Source of the DNA: Blastocystis sp. Blastoise
Lineage: Eukaryota; Protista; Bigyra: Opalinata
Direction of reading: 5' to 3'
Assembly (NCBI GenBank): GCA_039096225.1
Contig: JBBPEB010000007.1
Location: 62,001-126,000 of the forward strand
DNA length: 64,000 nucleotides
Part shown: piece after piece, positions 45,725 to 62,593 of the stretch
Numbering within the stretch: the first letter of the stretch is position 1
How the letters are laid out: every line of letters starts with the position of its first letter
Made by a program: the position numbers and the translations under genes
The notes under the pieces: model-generated
What the model was told of the DNA's origin: nothing
The model's database searches: none
The model's input: only the letters and a program-made list of their open reading frames with translations

Positions 45725-46632
45725 TTAGTAGACAGCGTGATAATTTTCAGATAATAAATCTTTATATTCATTACCTGTATATACTTGACTCACATTTTTA
45801 CCATCTTTATTAACTAATGGTCTATAAGATATATAATAATAAGAATAATAATAGAATTAATGACATTTCATATTATTATAATATTTACATTGCATGTATG
45901 TATTTTTATTTATATATTAAAATTGTCAAAAAAAAGATTTATAATAAAATAAATTAAAAAACAATACTAATAAAATAAATATATTAATAAAATACATATA
46001 ATAAAACAAATATAATAAAATAAATTAAAAATAATAATAATAATGCCTATATATATACTTATTATAATGAGTCCATTCAATAATGCCTCCATTAATAGAA
46101 GCAGCACGTACACCTCTGGATAGTTCTTTATCAACCATATGCCTAGAACGTTCTCCTATGGTACTATATATAAACACACGAATAGCAGGAATGTTAGTGT
46201 CGTTATATCGATTGTAGTATTCTTCCTATATATATAAAATAGAATCATAGATATAAATCTAAAACTTAATAATAAATATGAAATTAAAAAAACATAAATA
46301 AAAAATACTTTAGAGATTGATTGAGGAATATAGGAGACATCTCTTTCTTTAGAATCTCTTGCATCAACTAACAAGAATACTTCGTTTGTATGGAAATAAA
46401 TATCAACAAAATCTTCAGTGTTTACATCAGGTGTTTTTTTTTCTTTTTGCTGGATCTCACCAATTTTGTTATGAATAATTCTCATAGCCTCTTTCTCATC
46501 GTATTTTTTTAAATGATTTGATCCAGAACTTCTCCCAAATGTAAAATGATATATCAAATATATAAGAAATATTCCAATCACATATACAAATGTCTTATAC
46601 TTTCTTCTTCTGTAAACTCTTGTTCCAATCAT
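45725..46632 (-). CDS. Rhodanese-like domain protein with N-terminal signal anchor, 3 exons
   Basis: 'LLVDARDSKERDVSYIPQSI', 'FIYSTIGERS', 'INGGIIEWTH'. Confidence 0.75.
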
Positions 46633-47446
46633 TACTAAATCTAATCTACATAAAGATAAAAATAAACCACAAAATAATAGATAAAATACATCTGAGACCT
46701 GATCGAATAGTAAAGAAAAATTAAGGAGCTTTTTAGGAAAATATGTACTGAGGTGACTCCCGTCGTTTTCCCATTTTTATACTGTAGTAAATGGATTCTC
46801 ACATAAAAATCGTGAACGATTCACACTTTTTGGGTATATTTACTTTTTAAGAATGCTATTATAAATTCATTATGTTAAACAATGTAGTCAAGAGACAATG
46901 CATAGGATTCTCCATCTAATATATGTTGATGACGTTCATACATAATTAGTTATTTGATTCTTACTACATAAAATTTGGTGCTAAACATGTACAAGAACTT
47001 ATCAATCACATAAACATAATTAAAAATCGTGAAAGGAAAGAATTCATTCTTTATCTAGTGTTTTTTTTATCAGTAACGCTATTCAAATATGTATTCAGAA
47101 ATTAGAATATATTGAAAAAGGCAAAAGAAACGGTCTGACTAAAATAGCTCTAATTAAATAATGTTTAATACAACTAATTGATTTCTTCTTTAATTTTTTA
47201 ATATTCAAAATATCTGCTGATTCTTCATAAATATATACATATGCTTTATACTACCTATGCTTATTAAAGGAGCTAAATAAATAGCCATGTAATGTCATTT
47301 CAGAAAAAAATTCGATCCTCGAGGAATCTCGAAGAAAACCACGGGTAATGGCTATCAATCGGAACAGAAGCATAAATCTTTACATGGCAAATCTATTCAT
47401 TTGTTATTATTGTTTTTATTGTTATTTGTGTTATATTGTGTTAAAG

Positions 47447-49130
47447 ATGGATTCCACTGGTAAGAAAAGTGCTTTTGGAGGATTTAAAATGGGTTCTTTT
47501 AAGGAAGTTGGCTCTGGTTTGACAAATGCTTTTAATAAAGCTGGACAAAAGAGTAAAGAAGCTATTGAAAAGCTTAAGGTATTCTATTGAACATCATACT
47601 ATTAAAAGATATACAATAGGATAAAGAATATCAACAAAAGTTAAAGGAATCCACCAAAAAAAGTATGTAATTTCTATTTCTTTCTTTATTGAATTCTTTA
47701 AAATGTCGTAGCGATGAAACTATTTTTTTTTTTAATAAATATAATACGAAATAAACATATTTATTATAAATCACATTCTATTTTTTTTTGTTTTTATTTA
47801 GGTACTGAAGGTATTTTAAAGGGTGCTAATAAACTTTGGAATGAAGCTAAGACAAAAACAGTGTCTGCTGTTCAAAACATGCAAGGTGAAGCTTCTTTAA
47901 CAATGAACCTTCCAAAGCCATCAACTGCTTCTCATAGTCCTGCTGCTGTTTCTCCTTCTCAACCTACTCAAGAAGAAGATTTATTTGATATAACTATTAC
48001 TCCTGTTGTTTCTCAACCTATGGCTTCTCCTGCTGCTGCTCCTGCTCAAGAAGAAGAAGAAGATCTCTTTGATCTCTCTGCTCCTGCTGTTGTTTCTGAA
48101 CCTATGGCTGCTGCTCCTGCTCAAGAAGAAGAAGAAGAAGAAGATCTCTTTGATATGAGTGCTCCAGCTGTTACTGTTTCTCCTGCTCAACCTGTTCAAG
48201 AAGAAGAAGAAGATCTCTTTGATATGAGTGCTGCTGCTACTACTGTTTCTCCTGCTCAACCTGTTCAAGAAGAAGAAGAAGATCTCTTTGATATGAGTGC
48301 TGCTGCTACTACTGTTTCTCCTGCTGTTGCTCCTGCTCAACCTGCTCAAGAAGAAGATCTCTTTGATATGAGTGCTACTGCTCCTGTAGCTTCTCCTGTT
48401 ATGTCTTCTCCTATAGATAATGGTTTAGGTGATATTATGATGACTTCTGCTCCTGTTAATAATGATTTAGGAGATGTCTTTTCTTCTGGTATGAATGTAT
48501 CTCCTGCTGCTAGTAATACAAATGATTTCAATGATGTATTTGCTTCTGCTCCTGTATCATCTCCTGCTAATGACTTCTCGACGATCTCTGCACCTGTTGA
48601 TCTCACAGACTCTATGCCTCAACAAGAAGGTATATATATTATTATACTTATTATTATACTTATTATTATTATAATTATTATTATAATTATTATAATTATA
48701 ATTATTATAATTATTATTATAATTATTATAATTATAATTATTATAATTATTATACTTATATTAAACTATTCATAATATTAGTATTTTTATATATATTGCA
48801 CAAATGATCATAATATATAAGTATTTTCAATTATATATAGAAATCGCTACAACTCAAGAAGATGATGTATTTGCATCTGTTTCTTCTCCTACTATTGAAA
48901 AAGCAGGTATTGCTAAATTTGATGATGCTTTCGCTGGTCTCTCTGAAGATACTACTACTACTTCTCAACCTATGCCTTCTCTTGGTATGTTTGATATGGA
49001 CATGACTGCTCCTGTACAAGTAGAAGAAAAGAAACCTCTCTCTTTTGCTGAATTACAAAAACTAATTAGTCAACCTGAACCTGAACCTAAAAAGGAAGAA
49101 ACTGCTTCACTTGATTTCGATTGGAATTAA
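47447..49130 (+). CDS. Disordered acidic repeat protein with EEDLFD motifs (putative coat/adaptor accessory protein), 4 exons
   Basis: Six E(2-6)DLFD(M/L/I) repeats, further DxF motifs, C-terminal 'LDFDWN'. Confidence 0.7.
47955..48375 (+). repeat. Coding tandem repeat, roughly 65-90 bp unit (near-identical 69-bp copies in the middle)
   Basis: 'cctgctcaa...caagaagaagaagatctctttgatatgagtgct' repeated. Confidence 0.9.
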
Positions 49131-49549
49131 ATATAATATTTATATGCAGTAGGTCTTTTTTATCTACTTGTTATGTTCTACGCTTTCTTTGTCTATATAT
49201 ATATATTCTAAACATTTGTTTGTTTTTCTTTTAATAAGCGAAAAGAAAAAAATAATATTTAATTATAAAAACAAACAATAATATCAATAATGAACATCAG
49301 AATAAACACAATACAATATTAAAAAAACAGTAATAGAAACAAATCTAGAAGGAATCAAATGTTAAAAATATATATAGAGAAATAAAATAATTAAATAAAT
49401 AACGTTATTAGGCCTTTCATAGAGAGAATAAAATGAAAAAAAAAAAAACATAAAAATAGAAAAGAAGATAAAATTATTTCATAAGAAAAGGAAGAAAAAT
49501 AAATGAAAGTGATAGACATTTGTTTAACATGTCTATATTATTTATAGAT

Positions 49550-52500
49550 TTAGTTCTTCTTAGTATCTTCTTCAATATCCATTTTTTGTTCTTCTTCTTT
49601 CTTTTCTTTTATATCAATATCTTTACCTTCTTCAGTCTTAGGAGTGGTAGGAGTAGCAGGCTTTTCTTCTTTCTTTTCTTCTACTTTAGGAGCAGGTTTA
49701 GGCTTTGAAAGTAATTTATATACTTCTTCATATATATTATTACCTTTAACTTTAAGATCATTACATTTTAATACAGGATCTTCAGTAGCAGCTTGAACTA
49801 ACTATATATATATATAGAATAATAAAATAATATAAAATAAATTAATAATAAATAAATAAATAAATAAATAATAAAATAATATACAATAAATATAATATAC
49901 AATAAATATAATATATAATAAATATAATATATAATAAATATAATATATATACAAGTGCATTATAAGTCTTATCAAACCATTCTTTGCATGCAATAGTTTT
50001 ATCAATAAGAGGTTTACGTTCTTCTGCAGGAATATGATCATATTTAGGATCTGTAGATTGTAAGGAAGTCATACAGAAGTTAATAACTTGATTAAATTTA
50101 TTAATAAGAGGAGTACGTTGTTCCGCTTCTTCATAACGACTAACACAACCATGAGTTTGAGCCATTAAATCCTTTAAACGAGTTTCATAGACATCTTTTG
50201 AAGAATGATCACCATCATAAGTATATAACCAATCTTCTTCTTTCATTAAATTACTCTGAATCTTCTCAGCATCTTCAGGAAGAATATAAGGTTTATATAT
50301 ACCATCTAAACGATCTCTAGTAGCATAAACAAAGGTTTCTAATTCATTCTTAGCGTGACGAGTAGCACGAATAAGGTTATCACGATCTCTCATGGTTTGT
50401 TCTAAAGTCTTACAATTATTTAATTCAGTTATATCCATCATATTATATACTACTCTAGCATTCAAATTATATACCTTAGGAGGTACTATATAGATAGATA
50501 TAAATATAGATAGATATAAATATATTGATATAAATATATAGATATATATAAATATAAATAGATATAACTATATACCAGGTCTCTTTTCAGTGACTGTCTT
50601 TGGTTGTTCAGGAGCAGGAGCAGGAGCAGGAGAAGTAGCACCTTCTTTCTTTTCAGGAGCAGCAACAGGAGTAACAGGCTTCTCAATAACTTCATCCTAT
50701 AATAATAATAATAATAATAATAATATAAATGATAATAATAATAATAATAATAATAAATATAATAATAATAAATATAATATATACAGGTTGAGGAATAGAG
50801 ACTTGTGTATAATTGTATTTAATACATCCTTCATGATCTAAGGAGATTGAAAGAGTAATAGAAGCACCTTCTTCCTTCATCTTATCATCTTGATCAATAA
50901 TAATACTAGCGATATGTTCATTAAAGTTACGAGGAAGATTATTATCTTCAGAATAACTAATATCAATACAATAAGTATTATAACCAGGTAAAGTAAGAAT
51001 CTTTTCTTGAGGGAAAGAACAGAAACGAGGGAATAACATACTTTGTTGTCCATTGATAGAAATGGTGATATTATAGAGATTACGGTCTTCGATAGTAACA
51101 TCCTTAATACGAATACGAGGAGATAACATAGCACAACGAACAGCACAACCCTTACCGACAGTCTCATCCATATTCAGAGTAGTACTTAAACCAAAGTTAT
51201 TAGCGGAAAGATCAGTTTTCATGATTTCAGCGATAGCCTTACGTAATTGAGGGACACGAACGCCTCCTCCGCAGATTTCAGTGAAACTGATATCTTCTAC
51301 TTTCATGCCACATTGCTATAAGATAGAGAAGAGATAGACTACGAGAATCATAATAACAATAAATAAAATAAATCATAATAACAATAAATAAAATAAATCA
51401 TAATAACAATAAATAAATAAAAGTAAAAATAATAATAAAAACATATATATATACGTTAAGAGCATCTAAAAGAACAGCTTGTACACGTTCGGGTAACTTA
51501 GCAGCAGCACAAGCATCTTGAAGAGCTTGAAGAGTAAGCATACCATTATAATCATGATCTTCCGAAAGACATTCAATAGAAATAGGACAACGATCTACAC
51601 CTAAAGGACTTAATGTCTTCTTAGCCTTCTCAGCAGCAGTTGATAACTTGACATAAGATTTAGCATTTTCACGGGGATCAATCTTATATTTATTCTTGAA
51701 TTCAGTAGCAATCATATTAATAATAATATCATCTACATTACGACCACCAAGATTCATATCATAAGCTAAAGCACGAACTACAAACTTACCCTATATTGAA
51801 GATATATAATAATAATAATAATAATTCATAATAATAATAATTCATAATAATATAATAATAATAATATAATATAATAATAATAATATGATATATACTTGAT
51901 AATAAGAGACAACAGAAGCGACAGTATCAGCATATCCCATATCATAGAAGAGAACATTTGTAGGTTTTTCAGGGTCAAATTGACCTTTAAGATTACGGAA
52001 AATACCATAATCAACACAAATAGCAGTACTAGCATTCACAATACCGAGACAAGAGATATCAGCAATAGCACAAGCATTCTTCATAGCACGACGCTGACTA
52101 TCCGTCCAATAAGCGGGAATCTAAATAAAATGTATTTTTATAATAATAATAATATAATAAAGAATAATAATAATAATAATATAATAATAATAATAAAGAA
52201 TAAAATAAAAAAACATACAGCAATAACAACATCAGGTTTAGCATAATTATTTTGAGCTTTTTGAGCTAATTCACAACAATGAGCTAAAATCATAGCAGTT
52301 ATTTGTTCAGGAGAAAACACTTGTTTAGTATCATTATATTGAACTTGAATACCAATCTTATCATTTTCTAATTGAATAACTTTATAAGGAAGTCTCTTGA
52401 TTTCATTTTGAATAAAATCTTCACTATAACTATGTCCAATGAGTCTGTTTAAAGTTGAAATAGTATTGGTGACTTTAGTACGGACCTATATACAACATAC

Positions 52501-52750
52501 AATCAAAATAAATATCTTAATAATAAAAAAAAAGCTATTCTAAGTATTAAACACATATATATACATAAGGTTCGGCTTGTTCACCTAAAAATCTTTCATT
52601 ATCAACGAAAGAAACGATGTTAGGAGTTCTTCTTTGAGAGTTACCATTTAAGACAACATCAATGCCACCACGACCAGGGCCACCACTCATACCAAGAGCT
52701 TGACCAATAACTACGGCATTACTACCAAAATCAATACCAATAATAGACAT
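49550..52750 (-). CDS. Hsp110/SSE-type Hsp70 family chaperone, 8 exons
   Basis: 'IIGIDFG', 'RRTPNIVSF', 'FYDMGYAD', 'LGGRNVD', 'GGGVRVP', 'LNMDETVGKGCA', 'AKNELETFVY...EDWLY'. All introns GT-AG. Confidence 0.92.
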
Positions 52751-52838
52751 TTTAATTAACGATAATTCAATTCGATTAAAAAAACTAATGGGAAATAGAA
52801 CCAGAAAATCATTTTTCTCGTGGAAATATCATATAAAT

Positions 52839-52858
52839 GGAACATTCGTGAACATTCG
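52839..52858. promoter_or_regulatory. Heat-shock element, four alternating nGAAn units
   Basis: gGAAcaTTCgtGAAcaTTCg, about 90 bp upstream of the Hsp110 ATG. Confidence 0.8.
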
Positions 52859-54098
52859 AATCGATTTCCCTACGAATAGAACCCATTTCTCTAATCCTGA
52901 AAATATCTGAAAATGTGGTCAGAAAAAATTTCTTCCGTTTTTGGTTTTGTTGATTTGCTTTCATTATTTACAAAGAATTTCTGCAATAAAGTGCTTGGAT
53001 AGATTAAACAGTTGAATCTATGATTTATAGATCATTCATTGAACTACTATTTACACTACATTGTGTTTGTAGCTATTAATTATTGTATATTCTATACGAA
53101 AAACATAATATTCTGACTCCAAGTACTCAATAACCTTAATATAAATTCATATATAAAGAAAATGACATGTTGATCATTCATCAACTGACTACGTTTACAT
53201 GTTTAGAATATCAAATAAGAATGAGAAGAGCAGGTCTATTTAAAAAATAGGGAAATAAGACAATCAAAAGAGATTGTTCTAAAACTAGAATCATGCATAA
53301 GTGATTGTTGTTCATAAATATATATCTCATTCATGCCTCTCACACATAAAAGGTATATAAATAAAGATATTTAATCAAAATAAATACTTCACATTCAATT
53401 TTATCTATTCTTTCATATGAAAGAACCATACAGTATTATTTTGTGTTTTATTTATACTTCACAATGCCATTCTGTGTATAAAAAGAAACTTATAAAGTAC
53501 TGAACATCAAATGAAACTCATTTAAATCAAAATGTCTTCAATTCTGTATTTCGTTAATCCAAACTAGTTATAATTGTAAAGCTACATGCTAAATGAATAG
53601 AATCAACACCATATATATGAGAAAAAGTATAAAAAATGAAAAATGGACACAAACGAAAGCAGATAGATTGAATAAGAAGAACTGACATTATTTTATAGGG
53701 ATCAGTTTAGATCCTAAAAGAAGTCAGTCATTTTTTTGTCAAAAGAATGAGACTTTTTGATTTCATGAGAAACAAGAAATTCCCTTGTTTATTTTGAATA
53801 AAATGGTGAATTTATAGAAATAATCAAAACAACCAAATAAAAAAACCAATCTTTCATTGTGTTTTTTTTTGCGTGCTTTCTGTGGCAAGTGTAGTTTTTA
53901 GTTAGGTAGATTTTGGTAGAAAATGAGAATATTTGGGAAAAAGTTATGTTTATTAAAGTAAATAATTAAATTAAATTATGCACTTGCGTTCAGATCCTTA
54001 TTACATTTTTTTCAATGTATGTCAACAAAAAAAACCCAAAGTGGTTTCTTCTCTATATATTTTTAAAAATTCTTCAAACTAGTTTATTATCTCAAGAC

Positions 54099-55127
54099 AT
54101 GTCAGCGCAACCCGCTGAAAATACATTTGCTGATAAGGCATTAGATGCTGCCGGAAAAGGAATTAGTGCTATTGGTACTGGTATGTCCAAAGCTACTAAC
54201 TTTGCTGCCGATAAAATCAGCAAAACCTCTGGTAGAACAATTTTAAAAGTTATGAAAATAGCTAATATCGTTTTTGCTCTTTTATTATTCTTATGTTACC
54301 CTGTTGGATGGCTCAATAGCACTCCTCTTACTTTTTCTGGTGTTTTCTTATCAATTTATTCCATTGTCTTCGCTATCATTCTTATTGTTTTTGAAATGAA
54401 TATTCCTAAGATTCAACCTTTTGTCAGAAAACAATTCGGTTTTATGTTTACTTTCTCTGGAAGAACTTTCTTCATTTTATTGTATATAGTTTGATATATA
54501 TTTAATAAACATTATTTATTTGTTCTTTATTTAAATAATGAAATTTAAAAACAATTATATTTATGTATATATAGCATTAGTAGTATGGCTTTTGGTGGTG
54601 AATTTTGGTTTAATTATTTAGCTGGTATTGTTGGTATTGTTGATGCTCTCTTCAATTGCTTCGTTACTTGGAAACATCCCGCTTTCAAGAAGGGCGGCGA
54701 ATATTACAAGGAAACTCTTGAATCTTTAGCTACTGTATATATATTTTATTATATTATTATTTTTAATATTCTTTTTTATTATTCTTTTTATTATTATTAT
54801 TCTTCTTTTTATTATTCTTTTATTATTATTCTTTTATTATTATTCTTTTATTATTATTCTTTTATTATTATTCTTTTATTATTATTCTTTTATTATTATT
54901 CTTTTATTATTCTTTTATTATTCTTTGAAATAATACAATAGTTATATTATTTTTATAATAAATCATAATTATTATGCTATTTTATTTTTAAATATATAGA
55001 AACCTGCTGTTTCTTCTGAAATGCCTGCTACTGCTGCTTATCAAGCTGTATATATATAAGAATAATAATAATAATAATAATAATAATAAACATAATAATA
55101 AACATAATAATAAACATAATAATAAAC

Positions 55128-55165
<38 letters not shown>

Positions 55166-55194
55166 TCGATTCTATTTAAATATCTTTATATAAT

Positions 55195-55228
<34 letters not shown>

Positions 55229-55391
55229 GCCTGCTGCTTCTGCTATTCCTCAAAGTAATCCCTTCACTGATAATGATGATGATATTCCTCAGGCTAAAGC
55301 TCCTAAGAGTACTTATGTTCCTGCTGCTAAGCCCGTCGTTCCTAGTGCTTCTACTGCTCCTAGCGACAATCCTTTTGATGATGATTTCTAA
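54099..55391 (+). CDS. COPI-associated/TVP15-like multi-TM Golgi protein with NPF-containing tail, 4 exons
   Basis: 'YSIVFAIILIVFE...FGFMFTFSGRTFFILF' signature, TM segments, tail 'SNPFTD...DNPFDDDF*'. Confidence 0.8.
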
Positions 55392-55755
55392 AGAGGATCT
55401 GATGGTATGGCTTATACGTCAACATTCGTGTAGTAATATTTATACTCTATACTTATTTCATTCATTATTTTTATTTGTAACTTGGTTCGATTTAAATAGT
55501 TCACAGCTCTATATTTTATTTTATTTTTCTTGGATTTATTATGTTTTGTTTATTTTTTTATGACAGGATATCATAATATTAAACACTTTACATTTTTTTA
55601 TGAAAGAGAAATCAATTATTATTCGCAAATAACATCAATACAGGTAATAACAAAGAAAAAAAATAACAAGCAACACAAAAGAAAAATAATTAATGGAAAA
55701 TATGAAAAGTTTAAAAAAATAATTGTTTGAATAAATGTTCATATACTAAAGGTAA

Positions 55756-57690
55756 TTCTATATATATATATATGTGAACATATATTATATAAAGAGAAAA
55801 AATATATATACATAAATCGTATAAAAATCTATCTGCAAGATCCACATCCTCTGAAAATTGTGAACTATATATATATAGTTATAATAGTAGTTATATATAT
55901 ATATATATTTATATACAAAGTAAATAATTGAGAGTCGACTTTATCTAATGTTAGAAGTGCTATATATAGAATAACAATAAATGCAACTTTAGTAAATATA
56001 ATAGTAAAAATAAAAAATAATCTATATAAAAATAATCTATATAAAAAAAAATAATAATAATAAAAGCTAGTGGTTAATTATATATATATATACAATTAGG
56101 GTAATCATTGGGTTGTGTATCGTACATATCTTGTGAGAGTCCACGTGCAGCGGTGGGGGTTTGTGAGGGTGGTGGAGGAAAGAAGCTGTTTAAAAGAGGG
56201 TCCTCCATAATATGATGTGAAGGAATAGTAGAGAGAGTAGACATAGTATTTGGGGTAGTATTTAATACATTATGTATAGTATTCTCATTACTAACAGTAG
56301 TTTCACCTTCTACAGAAGTATCGACATAATGAACTAAATAAGCTTCTAAAGGTCCTTGAGTTGAACATAAATATAATTCATATGATTTTGAGCCATCATC
56401 ATTGATATCACAAGAAGTCTGGACATCAGTTCCTATATACATAGAATTATAAAGTTATAGATTATGTTTTCTTTATGTATAAAAAAAATATAAAGAGTAT
56501 TATAGATTTTATAATGTTAAATTATTGATTATTATACTTTGATGAAAAGTATCAATTAATATAATACTTTAAATGATATATAAATATATATATACCAGGT
56601 GTTCCCATAAGAGCAAAAATAGTTTGATTTTTATTTGTAAATGTTTGCATCAATTGTGATTTTGTTATATATGCATACTTTATTAATTTTTTATCTTTTT
56701 TCTAATAATAGATAATAATAGATAATATAATAATATAATAAATATAATAAATATAATAAATATAATAAATATAATAAATATAATAAATAACAAACATAAT
56801 ATATATAATCATATACAATTGAATCAATTTGTGAGTTGAGTTGATTATACACTAAATCTAAAGCTTGTGATTCAGCAATAAGAGTGTTCTCTTCGTTATA
56901 TAATGCCTGACTTTCGGGAGATAACGATGATAATAATTCATTACCACTATAAATATAATAATAATAATAATAAACATAAATATAAATATAAATATAATAA
57001 TAATAAACATAAATATAAATATAAATATAAATATAATAATAAACATAAATATAAATATAAATATAAATATAAATATAAATATAAATATAAATATAAATAT
57101 AATAATAAACATAAATATAAATATATATATAAATATAATAAATATATACATCCAGCAATAAACACTTTTTCCTTTTTTACGCAAAAGATTTGCTCCTATT
57201 AAAGCGTTTGTTATATCATAAATTCTTCTTTTTTCAACTCCTAAAGATTGTGAAGCACTAACTACATCTATAGAGCCATCTGGTTGCATCTATATACATA
57301 AAAATAAATTTATTAAAGACAAACTATATATATAAAATGCAAAACAACTAAATAGAATGTAAATTACATAAATGCAGCCTTGATTAACATACTTTGACAA
57401 GTTTAACAAATTCCGTTGTTAAGTGATGTAAGGACTTCTTCTTTCTCGAACTTAAACCGTCTGAATATAAATAGTTACGATAATAATTATGATTAATTAT
57501 AAAAATTATACCATCATCATCGACAAATTTAGAACTAGCTGGTCTTTTAATAGTGGTATCTCGCTTGATCATTTCACGAATCTGAGAATTATCTTCAGGA
57601 GTATAATTACTTCCTTGAGAATCTTCTGGTGTATCTAAGAGAAACAATTAAAAATTCAAAATAACGAAAAATACTAGTTTTTGTTTTCAT
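55756..57690 (-). CDS. E2F: E2F-family transcription factor, multi-exon
   Basis: 'RKKKSLHHLTTEFVKL', 'LGVEKRRIYDITNALIG', 'YAYITK', marked-box-like 'LYLCSTQGPLEAYLV'. The terminal exons are less certain. Confidence 0.85.
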
Positions 57691-58341
57691 AATGTTGTTC
57701 TTCAAAAAAATCAATCTTCTGATTTTATGAATATAGATGTATAGATTCGATCTGAATTAAAGTTAATTTTATATATAACTATGTATCTTGAACTTTAATC
57801 AAGGAATCTTTAAAATTGTGATTTTAAACTTTCACCCAACTTTTTGACTTTTTAAAGAACAACCGGTTTTTTTTTCAAAGAAATCGTGGGAATCGATAGA
57901 ACAAGTTTGGAGGTTTATTAAAAAATGAATCCCCATGTTTTTCTTGTGTTTTATTTTTTATTGTAAGATATAATAGGAGATAGCTATCTATACGTAGTTG
58001 ATGTGAGCCTAACATACTATGAAATGTTATTGAAAATAATGACTGTTGACACATATATTTGGCATTGATTATGAACATTCCATTTACATTATGAGGTTAT
58101 GCGTTAGAAAACTATTCATTCAATTAAGAAAACTGATTATAGTTAACATCAGAGTGAATTCTCAAAAAAGGATACTTTTAGTTTTGGTTATTGTAAAAAT
58201 AATAAGAAACATAACAAAGAAATACATATTTAACTGAATACATGTACATAAATTGAAAGAATAATAAATATTCATATATATAATTAAATAAGATAAAAAC
58301 ATTATGTTATTATAAGCAATAAAAAGAAAATATATATTGAT

Positions 58342-61742
<3,401 letters not shown>

Positions 61743-62593
61743 CTGTCTCAAAAATAAAAGTCACCAAGGAACAAAGTGAAAATCTTCATTTATCTCCCGC
61801 AAAATTCCAAGAATTTCCACGGGGTACGCTTAGTTGCGCAATCATTAAATTGTGTAGGAAAAGAGAATGACAGAAGATGGTGTCAAAATGAGAAACTCAT
61901 CTTCATTAGTCGTTAAAGCTGACTCCTCTTGTTTGATTTGCTAATTTCAAATCATTATCCAATAAAAGCATGCGTTATTCATAAAAGTTTCAACAGTTCT
62001 CCATAAAAAATGTTTTTCTTTGGTTTATTTTTGTAATAGTTTATAGACTCTTTCTGTTATTTGAAAGCAATTTTTATTTATAAAAGTGTTATGTAGATAT
62101 TAGAAACATGAATAGGAATCATTTGAGTATAATAACATAGTATTTAATACGTATATCTGTAATTAGCGTTAAATACCGTTTTTCATAATGATTTGGATGG
62201 CTTTGAATTTAAATCGTTTTTGAATAGATTTTGTGGAGTAATATGTAATATATCTTAATAAACATTTTTTATTATAAAGACAAATTTGATCTTGTTATTT
62301 TAAAAAAATAAGGTAGATATCTTATTTCAAACCCTTCTGATATATTATTATCATGAGTAATGAACTAAAATCTATTTTTATTACTTGATAAAGAATAATG
62401 AATACAAAAACATCGAAAAATCACAAAATAAGAAGATAAAAACAATTAAAAATACAAGAAAATCATTAAAAAAGTCAAAAAATACTCAACAAATAAGTAT
62501 CGTAAAGAGAATTGTTAGATTTCCAATAAATACAAATGAATGTATATATATGTTGAATAAAGAAGGATAGATATAGATATGAATAATATAAGT

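Noticed and set aside
47955-48375. Regularly spaced repeats resembling a CRISPR array
   Set aside because: In-frame coding repeats in a spliced eukaryotic gene; the spacers are related to each other and there are no cas genes.
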